From: a bacterium
GTDB taxonomy: Bacteria > SAR324 > NAC60-12
DNA: 29,245 nt
Direction: 5' to 3'
Assembly: GCA_965233585.1 (NCBI GenBank)
Contig: CBDDTI010000230.1
Span: forward strand, 1-29,245
Within the stretch, counting starts at the first letter, position 1. Each line of letters starts with the position of its first letter. Below are positions 1-8,310 of the stretch, in pieces. Below the pieces are notes generated by a model, which was given only the letters and a program-made list of their open reading frames with translations, ran no database searches and was not told the origin of the DNA. The position numbers were made by a program, and so were the translations under genes.

Positions 1-40
1 TTGACGTTTCGTGACTCCTCGCCGGCACCACCCTCGGCCT

Positions 41-137
41 AAAGAGAGAAAGATAAAGAAGGGGAGAGAGAGAAAAGGGAGAGAGAAAGGAGAGAGAGAG
101 AAAGGAGAGAGGAAAGAGGAGAGAGAGAGAGAGAAGA
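41..137 (+). repeat. Polypurine (GA)n-rich tract (unit 1 example; present in every unit)
   Basis: About 97 nt of A/G with a single T in unit 1. Other units also carry one C in GAAGGCGAGA. Length is polymorphic between units. Confidence 0.95.
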
Positions 138-379
138 TGTGAGTATGTGAAGATGTGAGTGCGAGAGAGAGAAAGAGAAGATGTGAGTATGTGAAGATGT
201 GAGTGTGAAGATGTGTGTGAAGATGTGAGTGTGAGAGAGAGAGAGAAAGAGAAGATGTGAGTATGTGAAGATGTAAAGATGTGTGTGTGTGTGTGAGTGT
301 GAAGATGTGAGTATGTGAAGATGTAAATAGGAAGATGTAATATGTGAAGATGTGAGTGTGAAGATGTGAAGATGTATGA
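132..379 (+). repeat. Degenerate GAAGATGT / GAAGATGTGAGT(AT)GT simple-repeat block (unit 1 example)
   Basis: Many GAAGATGT octamers interleaved with GAGT, (GT)n and (GA)n. This block and the polypurine tract account for most unit-length variation. Confidence 0.95.
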
Positions 380-445
380 CAGACGCAAATGACAGACACA
401 ACTATTAGAAGAACCCTTCGCTCAGACGCTCTCGGGAACAAAAAA
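380..445 (+). other. Conserved non-repetitive motif ending in an A-rich run; candidate element 3' terminus (unit 1 example)
   Basis: ACTATTAGAAGAACCCTTCG(CTC/TTT)AGACGCTCTCGGGAACAAAAAA is present in all 22 units and marks an abrupt compositional switch. A terminus role is inference. Confidence 0.4.
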
Positions 446-608
446 TGTTCATGCCAACCTCAGCAAAGAAATATGATGCTAAAGTGTTACCCACAAACTC
501 CACAACCCCAAAATGAGTGAATCCATTGTAAACTCATTAATCCATACATATTTCTTTGGGGGTAAAATTAAACATGCTTACTAAACATGCTAAGCAAACA
601 AGTCAGGA
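437..608 (+). repeat. Internal diverged direct repeat A, copy 1 (unit 1 example)
   Basis: AACAAAAAATGTTCATGCCAACCTCAGCAA...GTAAAATTAA...GCAAACAAGTCAGGA aligns end to end with 850-1035. Confidence 0.92.
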
Positions 609-625
609 TTTCTTAAAACTTACCG

Positions 626-758
626 GCAAGACCTGAACATGACAGAGATGACCGGATAACAAACATGCCAAAGAATCAATGGGGCAAGAAATCAAAACAT
701 GTAAGCAAGGCCTGAACATGACAGGGGTGACCGGAAAATAAGCATGCCAAACAATGAA
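626..758 (+). repeat. Internal diverged direct repeat B, two ~54-bp copies 79 bp apart (unit 1 example)
   Basis: GCAAGACCTGAACATGACAGAGATGACCGGATAACAAACATGCCAAAGAAT (from 626) versus GCAAGGCCTGAACATGACAGGGGTGACCGGAAAATAAGCATGCCAAACAAT (from 705). Confidence 0.9.
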
Positions 759-849
759 CATGTCAAGCAAACATGCACACGAACGTGGCTGCGCGAAAGA
801 AGATCTGGAAATGCTCGCGGTCATGTTTGCTCGGACAGTTCCGGTAGCA

Positions 850-1035
850 AACAAAAAACGTTCATGCCAAGCTCAGCAAGGAAATGTGATGCTAAAGTGT
901 TACCCTAAAGTATTACCCACAAACTCCACAATCCAGAAATCAATGAATCCCAATGTAACCTTATTAATCCATTCATATCTTTTTTAGGGTAAAATTAAGC
1001 ATGCCTACTAAACATGCCAAGCAAACAAGTCAGGA
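850..1035 (+). repeat. Internal diverged direct repeat A, copy 2 (unit 1 example)
   Basis: Homologous to 437-608, with an extra 13-bp tandem duplication (CTAAAGTGTTACC CTAAAGTATTACC). Confidence 0.92.
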
Positions 1036-1040
1036 CTGCT

Positions 1041-1110
1041 CACAAACACCACAAGCCAAAAATCAGTGAACCTCATTAATCCATTCATATATCTTTCGGG
1101 GTAAAATTAA
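1041..1110 (+). repeat. Internal repeat A, truncated third copy (unit 1 example)
   Basis: CACAAACACCACAA...CTCATTAATCCATTCATAT...GGGGTAAAATTAA matches the central part of copies 1 and 2 and then breaks off into the minisatellite. Confidence 0.85.
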
Positions 1111-1119
1111 CCATCCCTA

Positions 1120-1395
1120 CTCAGTTTTTGACCATCGACCATCATTTCATGGGAAAGGGTTGCTCCAGGACAAGTAAACTCGCAATTTTTCCTCAGTTTT
1201 TGACGATCGACCCTCATTTCGTGCGAAAGGGTTGCTCCGGGACAAGTCCGGCACAAGTAAAATCGCAATTTTACCTCAATTTTTGCGCATCGACCCTCAT
1301 TTCGTGCGAAAGGGTTGCTCCGGGACAAGTCCGGCACAAGTAAAATCGCAATTTCGGTTTTTGCGCATCGACCCTCATTTCGTGCGAAAGGGTTG
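1120..1395 (+). repeat. 72/83-bp minisatellite, 3 full copies plus 1 partial, with palindromic core (unit 1 example)
   Basis: Copies start at 1120, 1192, 1275 and ~1353. Core is ATCGACCCTCATTTCGTGCGAAAGGGTTG. The 83-bp form equals 72 bp plus an 11-bp duplication (CCGGGACAAGT CCGGCACAAGT). Confidence 0.95.
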
Positions 1396-4300
1396 ACGTT
1401 TCGTGACTCCTCGCCGGCACCACCCTCGGCCTAAAGAGAGAAAGATAAAGAAGGCGAGAGAGAGAAAAGGGAGAGAGAAAGGAGAGAGAGAGAAAGGAGA
1501 GAGGAAAGAGGAGAGAGAGAGAGAGAAGATGTGAGTATGTGAAGATGTGAGTGCGAGAGAGAGAAAGAGAAGATGTGAGTATGTGAAGATGTGAGTGTGA
1601 AGATGTGAGTGAAGATGTGAAGATGTGAGTGTGAGAGAGAGAGAGAAAGAGAAGATGTGAGTATGTGAAGATGTAAAGATGTGTGTGTGTGTGAGTGTGA
1701 AGATGTGAGTATGTGAAGATGTAAATAGGAAGATGTAATATGTGAAGATGTGAGTGTGAAGATGTGAAGATGTATGACAGACGCAAATGACAGACACAAC
1801 TATTAGAAGAACCCTTCGCTCAGACGCTCTCGGGAACAAAAAATGTTCATGCCAACCTCAGCAAAGAAATATGATGCTAAAGTGTTACCCACAAACTCCA
1901 CAACCCCAAAATGAGTGAATCCATTGTAAACTCATTAATCCATACATATTTCTTTGGGGGTAAAATTAAACATGCTTACTAAACATGCTAAGCAAACAAG
2001 TCAGGATTTCTTAAAACTTACCGGCAAGACCTGAACATGACAGAGATGACCGGATAACAAACATGCCAAAGAATCAATGGGGCAAGAAATCAAAACATGT
2101 AAGCAAGGCCTGAACATGACAGGGGTGACCGGAAAATAAGCATGCCAAACAATGAACATGTCAAGCAAACATGCACACGAACGTGGCTGCGCGAAAGAAG
2201 ATCTGGAAATGCTCGCGGTCATGTTTGCTCGGACAGTTCCGGTAGCAAACAAAAAACGTTCATGCCAAGCTCAGCAAGGAAATGTGATGCTAAAGTGTTA
2301 CCCTAAAGTATTACCCACAAACTCCACAATCCAGAAATCAATGAATCCCAATGTAACCTTATTAATCCATTCATATCTTTTTTAGGGTAAAATTAAGCAT
2401 GCCTACTAAACATGCCAAGCAAACAAGTCAGGACTGCTCACAAACACCACAAGCCAAAAATCAGTGAACCTCATTAATCCATTCATATATCTTTCGGGGT
2501 AAAATTAACCATCCCTACTCAGTTTTTGACCATCGACCATCATTTCATGGGAAAGGGTTGCTCCAGGACAAGTAAACTCGCAATTTTTCCTCAGTTTTTG
2601 ACGATCGACCCTCATTTCGTGCGAAAGGGTTGCTCCGGGACAAGTCCGGCACAAGTAAAATCGCAATTTTACCTCAATTTTTGCGCATCGACCCTCATTT
2701 CGTGCGAAAGGGTTGCTCCGGGACAAGTCCGGCACAAGTAAAATCGCAATTTGACCCCGGTTTTTGCGCATCGACCCTCATTTCGTGCGAAAGGGTTGAC
2801 GTTTCGTGACTCCTCGCCGGCACCACCCTCGGCCTAAAGAGAGAAAGATAAAGAAGGCGAGAGAGAGAAAAGGGAGAGAGAAAGGAGAGAGAGAGAAAGG
2901 AGAGAGGAAAGAGGAGAGAGAGAGAGAGAGAAGATGTGAGTATGTGAAGATGTGAGTGCGAGAGAGAGAAAGAGAAGATGTGAGTATGTGAAAGATGTGA
3001 GTGAAGATGTGAAGATGTGAGTGTGAGAGAGAGAGAAAGAGAAGATGTGAGTATGTGAAGATGTAAAGATGTGTGTGTGTGAGTGTGAAGATGTGAGTAT
3101 GTGAAGATGTAAATAGGAAGATGTAATATGTGAAGATGTGAGTGTGAAGATGTGAAGATGTATGACAGACGCAAATGACAGACACAACTATTAGAAGAAC
3201 CCTTCGCTCAGACGCTCTCGGGAACAAAAAATGTTCATGCCAACCTCAGCAAAGAAATATGATGCTAAAGTGTTACCCACAAACTCCACAACCCCAAAAT
3301 GAGTGAATCCATTGTAAACTCATTAATCCATACATATTTCTTTGGGGGTAAAATTAAACATGCTTACTAAACATGCTAAGCAAACAAGTCAGGATTTCTT
3401 AAAACTTACCGGCAAGACCTGAACATGACAGAGATGACCGGATAACAAACATGCCAAAGAATCAATGGGGCAAGAAATCAAAACATGTAAGCAAGGCCTG
3501 AACATGACAGGGGTGACCGGAAAATAAGCATGCCAAACAATGAACATGTCAAGCAAACATGCACACGAACGTGGCTGCGCGAAAGAAGATCTGGAAATGC
3601 TCGCGGTCATGTTTGCTCGGACAGTTCCGGTAGCAAACAAAAAACGTTCATGCCAAGCTCAGCAAGGAAATGTGATGCTAAAGTGTTACCCTAAAGTATT
3701 ACCCACAAACTCCACAATCCAGAAATCAATGAATCCCAATGTAACCTTATTAATCCATTCATATCTTTTTTAGGGTAAAATTAAGCATGCCTACTAAACA
3801 TGCCAAGCAAACAAGTCAGGACTGCTCACAAACACCACAAGCCAAAAATCAGTGAACCTCATTAATCCATTCATATATCTTTCGGGGTAAAATTAACCAT
3901 CCCTACTCAGTTTTTGACCATCGACCATCATTTCATGGGAAAGGGTTGCTCCAGGACAAGTAAACTCGCAATTTTTCCTCAGTTTTTGACGATCGACCCT
4001 CATTTCGTGCGAAAGGGTTGCTCCGGGACAAGTCCGGCACAAGTAAAATCGCAATTTTACCTCAATTTTTGCGCATCGACCCTCATTTCGTGCGAAAGGG
4101 TTGCTCCGGGACAAGTCCGGCACAAGTAAAATCGCAATTTGACCCCGGTTTTTGCGCATCGACCCTCATTTCGTGCCAAAGGGTTGACGTTTCGTGACTC
4201 CTCGCCGGCACCACCCTCGGCCTAAAGAGAGAAAGATAAAGAAGGCGAGAGAGAGAAAAGGGAGAGAGAAAGGAGAGAGGAAAGAGGAGAGAGAGAGAGA

Positions 4301-6950
4301 GAAGATGTGAGTATGTGAAGATGTGAGTGCGAGAGAGAGAAAGAGAAGATGTGAGTATGTGAAGATGTGAGTGTGAAGATGTGAGTGAAGATGTGAAGAT
4401 GTGAGTGTGAGAGAGAGAGAAAGAGAAGATGTGAGTATGTGAAGATGTAAAGATGTGTGTGTGTGTGAGTGTGAAGATGTGAGTATGTGAAGATGTAAAT
4501 AGGAAGATGTAATATGTGAAGATGTGAGTGTGAAGATGTGAAGATGTATGACAGACGCAAATGACAGACACAACTATTAGAAGAACCCTTCGCTCAGACG
4601 CTCTCGGGAACAAAAAATGTTCATGCCAACCTCAGCAAAGAAATATGATGCTAAAGTGTTACCCACAAACTCCACAACCCCAAAATGAGTGAATCCATTG
4701 TAAACTCATTAATCCATACATATTTCTTTGGGGGTAAAATTAAACATGCTTACTAAACATGCTAAGCAAACAAGTCAGGATTTCTTAAAACTTACCGGCA
4801 AGACCTGAACATGACAGAGATGACCGGATAACAAACATGCCAAAGAATCAATGGGGCAAGAAATCAAAACATGTAAGCAAGGCCTGAACATGACAGGGGT
4901 GACCGGAAAATAAGCATGCCAAACAATGAACATGTCAAGCAAACATGCACACGAACGTGGCTGCGCGAAAGAAGATCTGGAAATGCTCGCGGTCATGTTT
5001 GCTCGGACAGTTCCGGTAGCAAACAAAAAACGTTCATGCCAAGCTCAGCAAGGAAATGTGATGCTAAAGTGTTACCCTAAAGTATTACCCACAAACTCCA
5101 CAATCCAGAAATCAATGAATCCCAATGTAACCTTATTAATCCATTCATATCTTTTTTAGGGTAAAATTAAGCATGCCTACTAAACATGCCAAGCAAACAA
5201 GTCAGGACTGCTCACAAACACCACAAGCCAAAAATCAGTGAACCTCATTAATCCATTCATATATCTTTCGGGGTAAAATTAACCATCCCTACTCAGTTTT
5301 TGACCATCGACCATCATTTCATGGGAAAGGGTTGCTCCAGGACAAGTAAACTCGCAATTTTTCCTCAGTTTTTGACGATCGACCCTCATTTCGTGCGAAA
5401 GGGTTGCTCCGGGACAAGTCCGGCACAAGTAAAATCGCAATTTTACCTCAATTTTTGCGCATCGACCCTCATTTCGTGCGAAAGGGTTGCTCCGGGACAA
5501 GTCCGGCACAAGTAAAATCGCAATTTGACCCCGGTTTTTGCGCATCGACCCTCATTTCGTGCGAAAGGGTTGACGTTTCGTGACTCCTCGCCGGCACCAC
5601 CCTCGGCTTAAAGAGAGAAAGATAAAGAAGGCGAGAGAGAGAAAAGGGAGAGAGAAAGGAGAGAGAGAAAGGAGAGAGGAAAGAGGAGAGAGAGAGAGAG
5701 AAGATGTGAGTATGTGAAGATGTGAGTGCGAGAGAGAGAAAGAGAAGATGTGAGTATGTGAAGATGTGAGTGTGAAGATGTGTGAAGATGTGAGTGTGAG
5801 AGAGAGAGAGAAAGAGAAGATGTGAAGATGTAAAGATGTGTGTGTGTGAGTGTGAAGATGTGAGTATGTGAAGATGTAAATAGGAAGATGTAATATGTGA
5901 AGATGTGAGTGTGAAGATGTGAAGATGTATGACAGACGCAAATGACAGACACAACTATTAGAAGAACCCTTCGCTCAGACGCTCTCGGGAACAAAAAATG
6001 TTCATGCCAACCTCAGCAAAGAAATATGATGCTAAAGTGTTACCCACAAACTCCACAACCCCAAAATGAGTGAATCCATTGTAAACTCATTAATCCATAC
6101 ATATTTCTTTGGGGGTAAAATTAAACATGCTTACTAAACATGCTAAGCAAACAAGTCAGGATTTCTTAAAACTTACCGGCAAGACCTGAACATGACAGAG
6201 ATGACCGGATAACAAACATGCCAAAGAATCAATGGGGCAAGAAATCAAAACATGTAAGCAAGGCCTGAACATGACAGGGGTGACCGGAAAATAAGCATGC
6301 CAAACAATGAACATGTCAAGCAAACATGCACACGAACGTGGCTGCGCGAAAGAAGATCTGGAAATGCTCGCGGTCATGTTTGCTCGGACAGTTCCGGTAG
6401 CAAACAAAAAACGTTCATGCCAAGCTCAGCAAGGAAATGTGATGCTAAAGTGTTACCCTAAAGTATTACCCACAAACTCCACAATCCAGAAATCAATGAA
6501 TCCCAATGTAACCTTATTAATCCATTCATATCTTTTTTAGGGTAAAATTAAGCATGCCTACTAAACATGCCAAGCAAACAAGTCAGGACTGCTCACAAAC
6601 ACCACAAGCCAAAAATCAGTGAAGCTCATTAATCCATTCATATATCTTTCGGGGTAAAATTAACCATCCCTACTCAGTTTTTGACCATCGACCATCATTT
6701 CATGGGAAAGGGTTGCTCCAGGACAAGTAAACTCGCAATTTTTCCTCAGTTTTTGACGATCGACCCTCATTTCGTGCGAAAGGGTTGCTCCGGGACAAGT
6801 CCGGCACAAGTAAAATCGCAATTTTACCTCAATTTTTGCGCATCGACGCTCATTTCGTGCGAAAGGGTTGCTCCGGGACAAGTCCGGCACAAGTAAAATC
6901 GCAATTTGACCCCGGTTTTTGCGCATCGACCCTCATTTCGTGCCAAAGGG

Positions 6951-8310
6951 TTGACGTTTCGTGACTCCTCGCCGGCACCACCCTCGGCCTAAAGAGAGAA
7001 AGATAAAGAAGGCGAGAGAGAGAAAAGGGAGAGAGAAAGGAGAGAGAGAAAGGAGAGAGGAAAGAGGAGAGAGAGAGAAAAGACGTAAAGATGTGAGTGC
7101 CAGAGAGAGAGAGAAGATGTGAGTATGTGAAGATGTGAGTGAAGATGTGAAGATGTGAGTGTGAGAGAGAGAGAAAGAGAAGATGTGAGTATGTGAAGAT
7201 GTAAAGATGTGTGTGAGTGTGAAGATGTGAGTATGTGAAGATGTATATAGGAAGATGTAATATGTGAAGATGTTTGTGTGAAGATGTGAAGATGTATGAC
7301 AGACGCAAATGACAGACACAACTATTAGAAGAACCCTTCGCTCAGACGCTCTCGGGAACAAAAAATGTTCATGCCAACCTCAGCAAAGAAATATGATGCT
7401 AAAGTGTTAGCCACAAACTCCACAACCACAAAATGAGTGAATTCCATTGTAAACTCATTAATCGATACATATTTCTTTGGTGGTAAAATTAAACATGCTT
7501 ACTAAACATGCGAAGCAAACAAGTCAGGATTTCTTAAAACTTACCGGCAAGACCTGAACATGACAGAGGTGACCGGATAACAAACATGCCAAAGATCAAT
7601 GGGGCAAGAAATCAAAACATGTAAGCAAGGCCTGAACATGACAGGGGTGACCGGAAAATAAGCATGCCAAACAATGAACATGTCAAGCAAACATGCACAC
7701 GAACCTGGCTGCGCGAAAGAAGATCTGGAAATGCTCGCGGTCATGTTTGCTCGGACAGTTCCGGTAGCAAACAAAAAACGTTCATGCCAAGCTCAGCAAG
7801 GACATGTGATGCTAAAGTGTTACCCTAAAATATTACCCACAAACTCCACAATCCAGAAATCAATGAATCCCAATGTAACCTTATTAATCCATTCATATCT
7901 TTTTAAGGGTAAAATTAAGCATGCCTACTAAGCATGCCACGCAAACAAGTCAGGACTGCTCACAAACACCACAAGCCAAAAATCAGTGAAGCTCATTAAT
8001 CCATTCATATATCTTTCGGGGTAAAATTAACCATCCCTACTCAGTTTTTGACCATCGACCATCATTTCATGGGAAAGGGTTGCTCCAGGACAAGTAAACT
8101 CGCAATTTTTCCTCAGTTTTTGACGATCGACCCTCATTTCGTGCGAAAGGGTTGCTCCGGGACAAGTCCGGCACAAGTAAAATCGCACGCAATTTTACCT
8201 CAATTTTTGCGCATCGACCCTCATTTCGTGCGAAAGGTTTGCTCCGGCACAAGTAAAATCGCAATTTGACCTCAGTTTTTGCGCATCGACCCTCATTTCG
8301 TGCGAAAGGG
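6951..8310. repeat. Transitional and most divergent unit (unit 6)
   Basis: Mixes subfamily I alleles (cgctcagacg, ttccggtag) with subfamily II alleles (catgcgaag, agaggtgacc, ccctaaaata, gccacgc) and carries many private changes. Confidence 0.85.

Larger units (their letters stand above)
1..6950. repeat. Array subfamily I (units 1-5)
   Basis: Shared alleles: ccctcggc, cgctcagacg, gcaaatgac, agagatgaccggat, ttccggtag, catgggaaag, ccctaaagta. Confidence 0.85.

Noticed and set aside
39..441. Minus-strand His/Ser/Leu/Thr-rich ORFs (90-178 aa) in every unit
   Set aside because: They are open in all three frames because the pyrimidine-rich simple repeat lacks stops, and they frameshift freely between units.
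603..987. Repeated 83-aa (-) and 77-aa (+) ORFs
   Set aside because: Short, overlapping, with no recognisable domain. Conservation simply follows DNA identity of the units, and they are disrupted by frameshifts or stops in units 6, 7 and 15 onward.
841..1062. Dinoflagellate spliced-leader or snRNA gene array (CCGGTAGC, AGCCAAAA, and Sm-like AATTTTTG further downstream at ~1278)
   Set aside because: Only 6-8-nt fragments match. There is no full CCGTAGCCATTTTGGCTCAAG on either strand and no recognisable 5S, tRNA or U snRNA. An Rfam scan would settle it.
1140..1235. Hammerhead ribozyme core on the minus strand (CTGAGGA at 1190-1196 with nearby GAAA)
   Set aside because: I could not form stems I, II and III around the core nucleotides.
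1120..1395. CRISPR-like appearance (palindromic ~29-bp core with ~45-55-bp gaps)
   Set aside because: The intervening sequences are homologous to each other rather than unique spacers, and no cas genes are present.
1369..1400. Integron attC-like site (bulged palindrome ending GTTG)
   Set aside because: Lacks the RYYYAAC/GTTRRRY core pair, is too short, and has no cassette ORFs or integrase.
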